Source: Octopus sinensis
Taxonomy: Eukaryota
Length of the DNA: 64,000 nt
Reading direction: 5' to 3'
NCBI RefSeq assembly: GCF_006345805.1
Contig: NC_043002.1
Span: 46,624,001-46,688,000 of the forward strand
Part shown: one piece after another, positions 25,801 to 41,500 of the stretch
How the letters are laid out: every line of letters starts with the position of its first letter
Numbering within the stretch: the first letter of the stretch is position 1
Position numbers and translations under genes: made by a program
The notes under the pieces: generated by a model
Told to the model about the DNA's origin: nothing
Seen by the model: only the letters and a program-made list of their open reading frames with translations
Databases searched by the model: none

Positions 25801-28677
25801 AATTTTTCTTTCTTCTGCAGATCTTATCATGTTGCCTTTTCTTGTCCTTAACTAGTCTAAAAAGGGGAACACTGGAAGGGCGAAAAGCATTATAGATTAA
25901 TTGTTATCTTGAAATATTCCTATTCATATCTTAACTTTGTTAGTGACTATAGTAGTAGTTTCGGTTCTTATCGATAGCTGTGTGGACCATGTTGTCAGCT
26001 TCTCAATGATGTCAATAATATGAGTTGGAACCTTGTCAAGGCTTTGATTCAAGTATCCATGAGTAAGGGACAAGGTGAAGCACCTTCTTACAGTCTACTT
26101 CTACATTAAGTAGATTCCAGTGGGGCTACTTCGTTTCCTTAAGGATAGCTCGGTTGATGAGTTGCTCAGCACAGCACCACACATTTTTCTTTCTCCCTAC
26201 TCTTCAGTCATTTCATTATGGTTTTCCCAACAATCCTTAGAGAATATATACAAGCAGCCTGTTTAACGATTTATACATTAAACTCAAACACATTATGGAA
26301 CTGTAGTTTTGGGCTTGGCTACATGCATCTCCTAGTTTTTAACTACTAGTGTTGCACGTGCAGCTACCATTTTAATACAGTGAGTATAGCGCTCTGTTCT
26401 TCTGAACAGGTTGACAAGAACTGCCCTGTAGAACGTGAGTTTTCTCTACCGGCAGGAGTTTCACTGTTGATATTATAAGTTTTGGAAAGAAATTTTTGCA
26501 CAATGCTTATTCTATAGCTCATTTAACCACATAGCACCACAGTTGTGTTGTTTGCTTACATCCCAGATCTTTCTTCAAAGTTACTATACAACATTCTGGG
26601 AAGGGGCATTTACGATCTTGATGGTATAGCCCTTCATACTGCAATATACCACTTGTGGGTTTTGTGCAAACTTGCAATTGATAGTCCTATGTTCTAGTAA
26701 CCTCTTACGACAACGAAGTTTTTCTTTTACCACATGCAATTTGTGTTCAATGGAATTTGATCTAGTGGTTAGTATTTCTTGACGACGAATCCCAAAGTTC
26801 TAAGATAATCTATAATAAAGTCGCAGCTGGTGGTTCGCGAATTTACTATTTACTTTGCATTTGATGATAATATCTAATTGTCCAATATTTTTTTTCTGAG
26901 TTTACCGACATTTGTCTGTAGAGAGATCATTCATTAAAGTGTGTTCTCACTACAATTGAGTTTTGTTATTTCCGTCTATTGGCGAATGATGCACGAAACG
27001 CAGTACAAAGGACATTCAATATCCAAAAGTTGGGATTTTCGATCTGTGCTAAATGTTCCTAAGCAACGCACTCGATCACAAATAACATCAAATCGGCAGA
27101 TTTTTGTTATCGATTTGTGTTGTAATTGTTCTTTCATATAATTGTTTATTAATGTAAATAATGAAGTTTTGTTTGCACTTCTCTGTTAGCTGTGCTTTGA
27201 GATATTTATATCCCTTCACTCATTTCTGTTTGTTCATAAGCTCTTCCGTGTAATAGTAGTATGCTCGTCTCCGTGTTATTATTGTCATTATTTTTGTCGC
27301 ATCGTGGTTCGTGTTGCTTACTATCTTCTCAGGAGAAGAATTCACTGGTCTCTACACATATGCTTTTTTGATGGTCGGTGAGGGTAACTGCAAATTTTTC
27401 TTGACGTAATTGGTTTGTTGTCACAACTGTCTGGCACCAATATTCTAATAGTGGGAGTATTTTAGATGCCATTCACTCTTCACTCTTTTTATGTAGCCAG
27501 TTGAGGGATCTTCTTAGCCTTTATATATAATTGATACAAGCTTTAATTCAATTCAAAGATCCTTTGAAACTTCTCCTGATATCTCAGTGAACTGGAAGAG
27601 CTGACTCCAGTCATGGTGTCATGGTCTTCCCGAAAAATGGTGTTACTTCACATTTCTCCAACGAAGATAACGAATGATCTTTTTTTTTTTTCACCAGGCT
27701 TGTATCAATAACAAATGTTTAAAGGAAAAAAAATATTCATTACAGAAAAATGAACAGCCAACGTGACAGACACTAAATTGTGTGTGTGTGCTCGCGTGTG
27801 TATATGTATGTACGTATGCATGTATCGCGAGGTATTTACAAATTCTAGCAACCTTACACACACACACTCACACACGCGCGCGCACACACATCTACATACA
27901 CACACATACATACATACTTATATATATATACACATATATATGTATGTGTGTGTGTGCGTGAGTGTATATATATATATATGCGCATATACATACATACAAT
28001 ATATACCTACACACATTATTTTTTCGCTTTTGTATTTACTCGTTGTTTGCAAGATTCTTGAAGTGAATTCGTGTGTTGAAACAAATGTTGTTGTCTTAGG
28101 AAGGTCATCACGCCAATAATGATAGCACACGCACTGGTTCAGTTCCACTTCTTTATTATTAGTCAATTGGCTTAATAGTTATCCAACTAACTAATCTATT
28201 GTTTGTTGGTTATACAATCAATCGGTTGCTTGGTTCGCCAAATTTCTTTCGTCGCCGTTTGCAACCTTTTCAGTAACTCGTGATTTCTCAACTAGCTTCG
28301 AAGACGGCTTCGGTCTGTCTGAGACCCAGACTTATGTGTGGATGCTTGCATGTGTGTGTGTAGGTTAGAAGGTGGGGTTAAGGATGAGAATAAATGAAAG
28401 GTTTGTGTGTGTATGTACGTGTATGTATGTGGTTGTATGTGTCCATCTGTGTGACTGCTTGTGTGTCTGTTTGTGTGTGCACTGGCTATCCGTGACCTCC
28501 TTTAGGGTTCACTCTTTTGTCTTTGTCATTTCACGATAAAAATCACTGCAATATTTTTCTTGTACTGGCTTTTATGTTTAGTTTTATTGCATTAATAACA
28601 CTGTGTAACACGAATTTTATCCTTGGGTAGCAATTGTTATTTCCTATTTGCATACCTCTAGAAAGTATGAAAAATGG

Positions 28678-28993
28678 CTATTTTCTTCAAACTTTGCTTT
28701 TGTTACATTTATTCAACCCCAAAGAATGCGGCTCAGCACATGACTATGATGCTCCTCCACTACTCCTGGTCATCGTCAGAGATGCATTTCTTGTCAGCCA
28801 CCAAGAGATATGCTCAAGTGGTTAAGATCAAGCGACTGACCAGTAAATCTGTGGTATTGAGAAGAATATTTGCTATAACAATATTTCTGAAATTCAGCAA
28901 CTCAGCACTGAATCTGTTTGAAATGTAATGGAAAATAGGCTAGTTTCAAAACATTGATGTCCAGGTCACAAAAGCAAAGTTTGAAGGGAATAG
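28678..28993. repeat. Segment bounded by 26-bp inverted repeats (24/26 match), MITE-like
   Basis: CTATTTTCTTCAAACTTTGCTTTTGT (28678-28703) versus ACAAAAGCAAAGTTTGAAGGGAATAG (28968-28993), with a 19-bp perfect core. Confidence 0.55.
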
Positions 28994-29261
28994 TAGTAAT
29001 TTCCTTTGATTTCTAGATAGAAACAAATAGGAAATAACACGTACTGACCAAAAACAAGCAAGCAAGGAAGCAGATAAATAAATGAATAAATAATAAATAA
29101 TAAATAAACCCCACCAAAAAAAATTGTTACAGTGTAATTAGCTTAAGCAACTTGTTCTGTGTCCTTTTGATTTCTCGAGCAATTTGAAAAATTTTCAAGT
29201 GATAAATTTAGGTTTTGCCATAGTCCACCCTCGAAAAATATTGCCTGCTCATCTATTTAAT

Positions 29262-29490
29262 ATATTTCTTTACTACACACAAGGGGCTAAACATAGAGGG
29301 GACAAACAAGGACAGACAAACGGATTAAGTCGATTACATCGACCCAGTGCGAAACTGATACTTTATTTATCGACCCCAAGAGGATGAAAGGCAAAGTCGG
29401 CCTCGGCGGAATTTGAACTCAGAACGTAACGACATGCGAAATACCGCCAAGCATTTCGCCCGGCGTCCTAACGTTTCTCCCAGCTAGCCA
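29262..29490 (-). mobile_element. Nin/Deu-like SINE (tail T1)
   Basis: Near full-length and highly similar to 1792-2008 and 10723-10947. Confidence 0.9.
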
Positions 29491-30218
29491 AACATCAAGC
29501 CGTAATCTGAATCTTGAAACTTATCGTCCTTTAGTGTACTGCAAAGCAGCGAAACACGACGAATGGCAGTTATATAATTTGTAGTACTGTAAACGTGCAA
29601 TGGATTTTCCCTTCTTTCATATCTCATTCCTTTTATTTGTTATAACTTCACAACTGAATTAAGAAGTGACGTTCAATTTGATGTATTATACAAATAATCA
29701 AATTATTATTTATATAACAACTTTGCCTATCCACGTAATTTCAAAACCTAATCTTATCCGAGCTGTTAGAAAGCGCTGGCTCCACAACTGAGTATGGCAA
29801 ATCGACATAGACTGGATGTCTCTTGCTTTTCTTTTTGTCTTAGTCTTTCTTCCTCTTTCTTGCACTTTCTCCAACACATTCATTCTTCATTCTCTTTCTC
29901 TTTGTCTTTATTTTTTTTCCCTTGGTCACTGCTGCTACACAGATCTCCACGGTAAAGAAAGACGCAGTATATCTCGAGATAACCGAAGCGCACTTCATTA
30001 AAAATTAAATCCATCCGAACCAGTCGAGTGAGCTGACACCTAAATCGCAACAGGATCTCGTTATCTGGTAATCGAGCATAAACAAAGACAACACATCTGA
30101 AATGGTATTTTTTTTAAAATCCGAAAGCTTGCACAACACACTTCATCAATAGCAACATATACAGTATCGAGGTTCAGTCAATAGTTATTAATTAAGTTAA
30201 TTAAACTTATTTCCCCAC

Positions 30219-30760
<542 letters not shown>

Positions 30761-31133
30761 CATTTACGAAAAACAGAAGACAAGCAATATCATTGATATT
30801 TCAGGAATTCATTCCCTACAGCCGTTTGAATAACCCACACATTTCATTAAATTTATATACTTATTTTACGACATAAATATACGAGAGGATCACATTTTCA
30901 AGGTTCTATCTCCATATGCCTAAATGTCCACCTCTCTCTGTCACCTCGACTGTAAACACGATTAAATACGGAAACCTAAATCCGCAACAAAACCCATATT
31001 GCATAAAGCTTTTCAAACATTCTTTGATATCTCCCCATTTAACTAATATCAGTATATCAGATAGACGCAGTAGTATAAACCACACACACACACATGAAGC
31101 CCAGCACGCCATTAAATACACTTTTAATATTAG

Positions 31134-31344
31134 TTTCAAATTTTGACACACGGCCAGCAATTTTGCGGAAGGGATAAGTCGATTACATCGACCTCAGATT
31201 TCATTGGTTCTTATTTTATCGAACCCCCAAAGGATGAAAGGCACAGTCGTCCTTGGAGGAATTTGAACCCAAAATGTAAAGACGGACGAAATGCCGCTAA
31301 GCATTTTGACCGTCGTGCTAACGATTCTGCTAGCTCGCCGCCTT
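31134..31344 (-). mobile_element. Nin/Deu-like SINE with TSD
   Basis: Flanked by ATACACTTTTAATATTAG (31116-31133) and ATACACTTTAATATTAG (31345-31361). Confidence 0.88.
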
Positions 31345-31373
31345 ATACACTTTAATATTAGAATAGTTTCTTC

Positions 31374-31755
31374 AAGGCGGCGATTTGGCAGAATCGTTAG
31401 CACGCTGGCCAAAGTGCTTAGCGGTATTTCGTCCGTCTTTATGTTCTGAGTTCAAATTCTGCCGAGATCGACTTTGCTTTTCATTCTATCGAGGGAAATA
31501 AAATAAGTACCAATTGATTACTGGAGTCGATGCGACTTCTCCCTTCCCCAGAACTTGCTGGTCTTGAGCCAAAATTTGAAACCGATATTAGAATGCTTTC
31601 TAACATTCTGAATTCAAATGCCGCTAGGGTCAACTTTGTCTTTCATCCTTTTGGTGTTGATAAAATATGTACCAGTTGAACATTGGGGTAGATCTAATCG
31701 ACTTAGCCCCTCCCCCGAAATTGCTGGCCATCAGCCAAAATTTTAAATCAATATT
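31374..31755 (+). mobile_element. Two tandem Nin/Deu-like SINEs (31374-31590 full-length; 31604-31755 5'-truncated)
   Basis: Both carry 'ctgagttcaaat..gtcgacttt..tttcatcc..aagtacca' and tail T2. Confidence 0.85.
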
Positions 31756-32789
31756 AAAAGCCTTAGATGCGGCGAGGTGGTAGAATATTTTTATATATAT
31801 ATATATCTATATATATATATATATATAACTTATATGATATTAGATCTGTACCCATCATAGCCTCGGGAATTCTGAACACTCATTTCAGCTTCTCAAGGAT
31901 ACATAAAATGTGTTGCCGTAATGCGTAAGGACATAAATACGGATGTTAGAAGGCTTCCAGTATTCTGCCACCCTACTGAAGTCTTCTAAATCGAAAGAAA
32001 ACTTTCGTTGGTATGAGTGATGTTGTGAATATAATTGCATTTCCTCCTGCGACGGACCCTGTGATAATAGCCTCTGGGTTATGTGGAATAAGCTTCTAAA
32101 GTATTTATCTTGTACCGCTGCGTAACTGACCTCAATCTAAATTCTCCAACACCATTATTAGAGATCACTTTTTGTCTGAAGTCTCTGTGTCGAAAGACCT
32201 GTATGTTATAAGGAAATATAAAAATTCTGGAGGGTAGTGAAACATTTCATTCTGTTCTATAACATTGTCTATCAATTTGTAGTTCTGACTATTCTTGAAG
32301 ATGTCTGCATAGCTGCCAGTTGATGCTGTTCGTTACTGTTCAATGCAGTTATAACTCTTCCGCACAGCCACTTATGTGTATAGTAATAATGTTCCAGATG
32401 ATGGAACACCTTCGATATCAATTCGTCAACTGTCTAAACCATTGATTCTCAACCAGATTCCATATGACCCATTGTGGTTCATATAAGATTTTGGGGCTCT
32501 ACACAAGTAAAATAGCAAATTGGAGATCCAATGTAATATTTTATGGCTTCATGAAAAAATTTTGCTTTCGATGTATTTATTGTTAAAAATTTATTGCTAA
32601 AAATTTGTCTTTTGCTCTAGGTTTCTTTGAAATTTTACTTAGTTCAGCCTACACAAGTGAATGTAAGATAAACAAAACAGGAATTTTGAAAGGAATATCT
32701 ATAAGATTAGTTTTTGAACATCGAATGACTATGGGCGTCTACAAGAGTAAAATAGTAATGAATGGGGTCCATTGATAAGAAACTGATCT

Positions 32790-33430
32790 AAACTATGGGC
32801 TTATGTATAAAGTGTGGTTCCTCGAAACCATTTTCTCTTGTTTCTTTTGGCAGTATAAAGAATATCTCTTGGAAGAATGCTATTAAAATTTGAGGCCTTA
32901 GGGTGTAAAATGAGCATTAAAGTTAATTTCCAACATGCCCATTTGGATTTCTTTCTGAGAAATCTGGTGGGTGTGAGTGAAGAGCAGGGAAAAGCTTTCA
33001 GGTTGTGAAGGAGATGGAAAGAAGATATCAGGGAAGATGGAATGTCAATATGATGGCCGGCTACTGCTGGATATTGCATCGTGAATGACCATCAAAAGCT
33101 CACAAACAAAAGAGTTGCTGGCGTAGTTTCCAAGTAAAAAAGAAGGTATTTTGAGGTACTGAACCAAAAAAATTAATGGAACCCCTGTAAAAATCTATTT
33201 TCTCACCTTTCAGTTGCATTTGTGCCATTTTATTTTTCTAAATAAACTACCAAATTCATTTTTCAAATTTCATTTTGTCTTATCAAATGTGAATTTACCT
33301 ACAAATTATGGTATATGTGATCATTAAATTGTGAGAAAATCTTACGTAATGAGAAAGAGCTATTTTGATATTTCGAATTAGTACTACAAAAATATATAAA
33401 GTAAAAAACAAAAGTTCCATTTCGCAAACC
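32790..33430 (+). mobile_element. Chapaev3-like (CMC superfamily) DNA transposon 3' fragment
   Basis: LGCKMSIKVNFQHAHLDFFLRNLVGVSEEQGKAF...KEMERRYQGRWNVNMMAGYCW resembles the MSLKxHFLHSHLDFF...SDEQGERFHQ...RYQGRW...MLADYCW C-terminus. The superfamily label is from memory of this motif. Confidence 0.65.
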
Positions 33431-33904
33431 TGTCTTATACCTATCATTTTCTCTTCCTGTCTTTCTCCCCCCCTCTCTCTCAGTATATGTATGTGCATGT
33501 GTGTGTGTGTATGTGTGCGTGCATATGAGTGCACGTGTATCTGTGTATTTGCGCACGCGCGTGCATACACGGATATCGAATTTCAATAACTGATGTAGCG
33601 TGTACGCGGTGTCTCTCCGAATATCTCGGTGTTGCTGCCGAATCTCTCCCTATCATTTAGCGAAAAGAAAAGACACCCTTACACATACACAAACATTAAC
33701 GCCACAACAATATTTGAACATTTCCTTTGTTGACAATGACTGTTTCCATCAACGTACATATTAAATCAATCAGCAACTATTTTAAAATCTTTTGTCTGTC
33801 CAACAACATATATTTGTCTACTCTGTTGCAAGCATTTGAACATGGCTTCCGTTTCGAGGATTCCTTACACCCTTCCTTCCTTCCTTCCCATTAGCCTCAA
33901 AGGC

Positions 33905-34242
<338 letters not shown>

Positions 34243-34250
<8 letters not shown>

Positions 34251-34373
34251 TATAGAAGGAGCTTCTATAGGACTAGAACTGTTTCATTCAAAAGAAATCA
34301 TCAGGAGCTTCCTGATGATTTCTTTTGAATGAAACAGTTCTAGTCCTGTAGAAGCTCCTTCTATATAATAAAT
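34243..34373. repeat. 131-bp near-perfect palindrome (64-bp arms, 3-nt loop, 1 mismatch)
   Basis: Arm 34243-34306 is the reverse complement of 34310-34373 except at 34268/34348 (T/G). Confidence 0.97.
34303..34359 (+). ncRNA. Putative type I hammerhead ribozyme
   Basis: Stem I AGGAGCUUC/GAAGCUCCU (9 bp); core CUGAUGA (34312-18); stem II UUC/GAA with a UUUU loop closed by U.U; GAAA (34331-34); stem III ACAG/CUGU; GUA cleavage triplet, predicted cut after 34350. Confidence 0.75.
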
Positions 34374-34440
34374 TAATTTACTCTGCTATGTATTGAGTAC
34401 CTATTTACTGTGGTTAACCCCGACAAAACCCGGGACCTAC

Positions 34441-34472
<32 letters not shown>

Positions 34473-34479
34473 TATATAC

Positions 34480-34655
34480 TGGACCGGGCGACGCGTCGTG
34501 TTCTTGAGCAAAACACTTCATTTGACGTTGCTCCAGTCCACTCAGCTGGTAAAAATGAGTAATGCTGCGATGGACTGGCGTTCCGTCCAGCTGGAGAACA
34601 CATACGTCATAGAAACCGGGAAACCGGGCTCATGAACCTGGCTAGGCTTTAAAAG
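34480..34655 (+). mobile_element. 5'-truncated head-A-type SINE with tail Y
   Basis: 'ccgggcgacgcgtcgtgttcttgagcaaaacacttcatttgacgttgctccagtccactc' matches 1385-1445 (minus). The tail 'gagtaatgctgcgatggactggc' matches 2030-2050 (minus). Confidence 0.8.
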
Positions 34656-34665
34656 GGCGCATTTA

Positions 34666-34726
<61 letters not shown>

Positions 34727-35059
34727 AAAGCAAATGAACCTAAGCTGCTTGATTATCAAAGAAGTGTTTTTGGTGCAGTTGTTGATCATATTTGCAACAA
34801 AACCAGGGAAACATTTTTGTCTCGGTGTACCATGGACAACAAGAAAAACTTAGTTGATAAACTTCTTGCTACTTCAAGAAAGAAAACATAGGATAATTTC
34901 AGCAGCTGTTATATGTTTAAGTTTTACTGGCATTGCTATTTTCCTATTTGGAGATAAAACAGTTCCCAATTAAGCTGCTATTGATTCGCGCCTACAGTAA
35001 CCTATAAGACTAGCAAAAGAATAGGAGCTGCAGAAACGCGAAAGGGTGTTCGATGTTAA

Positions 35060-35185
35060 TTTGAAATGTCTGCACCTTGTCCCATAAAGACGCTTTTCTG
35101 GTTCTAGATCGGACGCTCAGCAATACCAGTGAATCAAATAAGTTTTTTCTTTTCTTTTCTTTCATTCATTCATTCATTCATTCAT

Positions 35186-35218
<33 letters not shown>

Positions 35219-35850
35219 TTTCTTTCTTTCTTTCTTTCTTTCTTTTAAAGGAAGGACAATAAGCAGGAAACTTTCTTATGACACTTCCTGTTTTTCTAAA
35301 GGGGACAAAATATAATAAAATAAGACTGCTTGATAGTATCACATTTCTTAAGAAACTGCAACTAGCAACAAACATGAAGGTTATATTTCAACTATTGGTT
35401 TTTACAAGATTGTTGGGACTTGAAGGAATTGTACTTGATCAAAAGAAGGATAAATCCATGGTTGGGATTAAATTCTTGGTATCATCAACAATCTCAAAAA
35501 TGAATTCCTTTCTATTTAACAGAACTACCGCAATCATAAGTGGCGTAGTGAAAGAGCAGTTCATCCCTCAACCAACAAAACGACCAACATTGTCAATGAA
35601 CAAATTATTCAACTATTTGTACGGAGATGAATTTGTCTAAAAGTCTGTAAGCAACTGTTTTAGACTCACCCCAACTTACTCCCTAAAAAAACTGAACTAT
35701 TCCAGCGAGTTTCTCAACGGCTTGGGACACCACTTGATGTGCCATGTTAGAAGCTATAAGCTCGTAAAGAGGGCGAAAAGAATATGGCTCCCAAAGAACT
35801 ATATTCTTTTCGTTCCCTTTGATCCTCTTCATGAAAGACTAAAAATCGTC
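35060..35850 (+). mobile_element. Decayed Helitron-like PIF1 helicase fragment, interrupted by (TTTC)n
   Basis: HKDAFLVLDRTL (HKxAFEALDRTL), AGNFLMTLPV (GDFRQxLPV), KLQLATNMKV (LxxNMR), KWRSERAV (WLxERAIL), SSEFLN (PxEFLN). Confidence 0.65.
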
Positions 35851-36586
35851 ACTAACCAGTATTACTTATCCTTATAATTTGGTATCTAGCAACTTACCAG
35901 GTTATTTGTGACCTTTCTGGTATTGAATTTTGTGGTATTTGTTTACGACCAATAAATAATTATTATGCAATACTATCAACAGAGAAAGATATGTGGGTGT
36001 GCCTTTCTGAATCTGTGCTGAAAATTGAGATTCTTGTGAGAAAGAGCCAAGATAATCAACCTCATTAAAGATGTAACATTAAATTAAATGCAGTTGATTT
36101 CTTACAAAGAAACCAATATTTTACAAAAGCATTCCACCCCTCGAAATTTTGGGAGCGGAATAGTCAAATATTTTGACCCAAGTACCAGTCGACGCTAGGC
36201 GACGCTTTTATGGAGGTAACACTTTTAAACTACTGTATAAGCCTATATAAAGTGTGAAGGCCCTGGGGAAGATGTAAACAGATAAGCTGCCCCAGGGGAC
36301 TCACACATTAGTTACTCACTGTCCAGTTTTCCAGTGGTACTTTATTCTTATGGATGTCGGAGGGGGTGAAAGGTAAAGTTGACTGCAACAAGACTTGATC
36401 TTTTAAAATTAAATTAATACCAAAACATGCAAGTCTATTGTTTGCTTTATGATATGAAACCATTATACACTATATTCTTCATATGGGGTACGCCATCAAT
36501 GCTGGAAATAATGAAGGGGTATGTCAGAAGAAAATGTTTAAGAACTTGTAGCGTAAGCTTAGTGAAATTCTCTCTCTCTCTCTCTC

Positions 36587-37547
36587 TGTTATATATAACA
36601 TAAATCCGACGTAGTAGATAACAGCTAGCCTTCGGCCGCTTGGACCGTGTTGTGTCCACTACTCTGATTGGTTGGTATTGGCGCAATTTGTCTCTTGCTC
36701 TATTACGCGCCAATATGCAACCCATCCAATCTCAGCCTTCTGATAAGGTCTTTTCTAAATCTCCGCTTGAGCCAAATGATCCCTATAAAAAGCTAGTTCA
36801 ACACCGAGTCGAAGCCTTTTGATTCTAGACCTTCTAAGGTCTAACCACTGACCACAGAGCACACAGCCAGTTCCACCGACAGACAGCACCAGCAGCCCAC
36901 ATGGAGAAACATCAACACTTCGTCCAGCATACAGGACCTCCATCTCCGTCGTCAATCACATCTCTACGTACCTGGCTACAGCAACCGTAGCCAGGTTCTA
37001 TCTCTTCACTGTTCGTGAATTACTTCATCAAGGTTAACAGCAAATACAACCTGCGAGATCTTTCTGTATCAAGTGATCGACAGCGGCATAGTAGCCACAA
37101 CTTCTTACACGTCATGTGCTTCAACCGTCATCTGCTTCTTCGCCACAACCTCTTGTTACAGCATTTCAACTATTGTGTACCTTACTACGAACTGGTATTT
37201 ATCATCATTGAGTGTGAACATTCTTCTAACGTCCTGTTATAGACTCTTTCAATGCTCTGTATTTTATCTCACGCGCATATACCCTTGTTTGTACACACAT
37301 ACACATTACGTATGCACGACGGCCTGTCTATTGTTATTATTATATATGTACATATGTCGCACACACCGAGGCACACTTGTTAACATCTAAATAAAACCTT
37401 TCTCTAAACATTCTACGGTTGTGTCGTCTTTCTTTTCCTACTGGCACTTGTACTCATTTATCCTTTTTGCATTTATTGTAAGCGACCGTGCAGTGTATAA
37501 AAGGAGTCATTCATTCGTCACCTCTCTTTTCGCACGGTCGTTCTTAC
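36587..37547 (+). mobile_element. Possible solo LTR-like segment
   Basis: TG...CA ends, CCAAT/ATTGG motifs, CTATAAAA at ~36783 and AATAAA at ~37390. No TSD found. Confidence 0.35.
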
Positions 37548-37676
37548 AAACACTTTCGTTTGGTAATATAGACCTACATACCCTTGAAAAGACAGGATGG
37601 TCACAGCTGAAGTGTCTTTCAACATTGGTCTGTATGCTCAGGATAGGTTTGAGGGCTACGTAATAGCAACAACAAT

Positions 37677-37826
37677 CGGAGCCGTCTTAAGGCAGTGGCA
37701 CATTGGGCAGTTACTCGGGTCTTGGGGGCCCAATTCTGATCTATGTATCTTTGGCTTCCTGTCAATACATAAATAATATATGCACTGATTTGTACAGGGG
37801 TCTATAATGTTGCTAAGATGGCCCTG
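37677..37826. mobile_element. 150-bp hAT-type MITE
   Basis: Imperfect TIRs CGGAGCCGTCTTAA / CTAAGATGGCCCTG and an 8-bp TSD ACAACAAT / ACAACAAC. Confidence 0.6.
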
Positions 37827-37934
37827 ACAACAACAATAACAAAACTCTATTAAGGAACCATCGGGAGTGCTTTGTGAAGTCGCTTAACCCGCTAGAAATA
37901 GCAGTCTAATCTATCCCATATCATATTATAGCGT

Positions 37935-38068
37935 CTCAGAGAGGGAAAGAGAGCGATAGAGTGAGCGAGTAAACAAGAGAGAGAGAGAGAGGGAGGGTGA
38001 GAGAGAAAGACAGACAGAGACAAAGAGAGAGAGGAGGGAGAGATGGGGAGAAAGATATATATATATGT

Positions 38069-38133
<65 letters not shown>

Positions 38134-38288
38134 GCGAGAGAGAGAGAGAGAGGAAGATAGAGTGAGAGAGAGAGAGAGACAGACAGAGAGTCAGACAGAG
38201 ACACAGAGACAAAGAGAGAGAGGCAGAGATAGAAAGAGAGACAGAAACAAAGAGAGAAAGAAGGGGAGCGATGGGGAGAAAGATAGAC

Positions 38289-38320
<32 letters not shown>

Positions 38321-38333
38321 GGAGAGATAGAGG

Positions 38334-38371
<38 letters not shown>

Positions 38372-38420
38372 AAGACAGACAGACAGATAGACAGAGAAGG
38401 GCGGACAGACTAATAGATAA
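37935..38420. repeat. Compound (GA)n/(GATA)n/(GACA)n field
   Basis: Visible. Confidence 0.95.
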
Positions 38421-38729
38421 ACAGAGTAGTTTTAAGTACACAATGCTTTCGAAAGATAGAATGGTCACGCTTGGAACGCTTTGACCAGGGATGGCTTGGG
38501 GATGTTAACTCTAGCGCTGTCAACAGTACATCTGCAATTTTTTGCAGGTCAAAGAAACTACAATATTTAATGTTTTAGAAAATTCCGCACTGTATGTATG
38601 TATAATACAGTCTACATGTATTTTTCGAAGCTTGTGTAACTTGTCCCGTATTGCATACACACGTACACACACGTACACGGTCGTGCATATACAGATACGT
38701 GAACGTACATAGGCATACACAAACACTTC

Positions 38730-40150
<1,421 letters not shown>

Positions 40151-40159
40151 ATGTCTATC

Positions 40160-40325
40160 TTTTTTTTTATTTTTTATTTTATTCCCCCCTTTTTTTGTCC
40201 TCTTTCTTTCCCTTTACTATCCCTTTTGATCGAAAACCAAACCCCCTTTTTTTAGCCCCAAAAGAAAAGCTCTACCTTGTAATTTGTCCTGTCTGTATGC
40301 AGCCCTGTGTGGCTAATAAAGAAAC
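40160..40325 (+). mobile_element. 5'-truncated LINE 3' UTR (same family as 44344-44845)
   Basis: 'ccttttgatcgaaaacc...aaaagaaaagctctaccttgtaa.ttgtcc...gcagccctgtgtggc.aataaagaaac' is shared with 44735-44845. Confidence 0.75.
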
Positions 40326-40566
40326 ATATCTATCGTTTACCTGTATGAATATTCGTGTTTGTATGTATGCGCTTGTGTGCGTGTGTGCATGTGTGTGTGT
40401 GAGTGTGTGTGTGTATGAGGGGGTGCGTGCGTGTGTGCGCCTATGTGCAGAGCAGTGAATTCTCGACGAATCGAATCGCCTTGTTTCTATTTCATGTGGT
40501 TTCACTTTAACTACCTGAGCCATAATCTACACTTCTCTATTTCTGTTAACGTTAACTATTAATGAC

Positions 40567-40603
<37 letters not shown>

Positions 40604-40623
40604 GTCTGTCTGTCTGCCTATCT

Positions 40624-40702
<79 letters not shown>

Positions 40703-40907
40703 CTATCTATCTATCTATTTGAAATCTCATGAGTACATTGTGTGTGAAAGCGCTAATTTTGTTAAAATACCATAATAAAAAAAACGTTAAAACCAGACTA
40801 TTTTAACTTTATACAACTGATAAACTATTCTATAAACATTCACACAAATTCGAAACAACATATATATACATATATATACAAATATATGTTATTTTATTCT
40901 TTTACTA

Positions 40908-41129
40908 GTTTCAGTCATTTGACTGCGGCCATGTTGGAGCACCGCCTTTAGTCGAGCTAATCGATCCCAGGACTTATTCTTTGTAAGCCTAGTACTTATT
41001 CTATCGGGTCTTTTGCCGAACCGCTAAGTTACGGGGACGTACACACACCAACACCGGTTGTCAAGCGATGGTCGGGGGACAAACATAGACACACACACAC
41101 ATGCACACACACACACGTCTATATATATA

Positions 41130-41169
<40 letters not shown>

Positions 41170-41310
41170 GACGGGCGTCTTTCAGTTTCCGTCTACCAAA
41201 TCCACTCACAATGCTTTGGTAGCAGACACGTGTCCAGGGTGCCACGCAGTGGCACTGAACCTGGAACAATGTAATTGGGAAGCAAGCTTTTTACCACGCA
41301 GCCACTCATG
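40908..41310 (-). mobile_element. CORE-type SINE with internal (CA)/(TA)n
   Basis: Near full-length match to 23428-23835. Confidence 0.88.
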
Positions 41311-41500
41311 TGCCTTATGAATACACGCGCGCACGCACGCACACACACACACACACACACACATATATTATATGCATGTATACTCGCATACATATATGCA
41401 TACAAACATTTATGCATACATACATATCGTATATACTTGTATGTTTATATATATACCCACACATACACTGGCACATATAGATAGATAGAGATAGATAGAT

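Noticed and set aside
26000-26780. SSR-free segment that looks like decayed coding DNA
   Set aside because: No motif recognised in the frames I translated, and many stops. Left unassigned.
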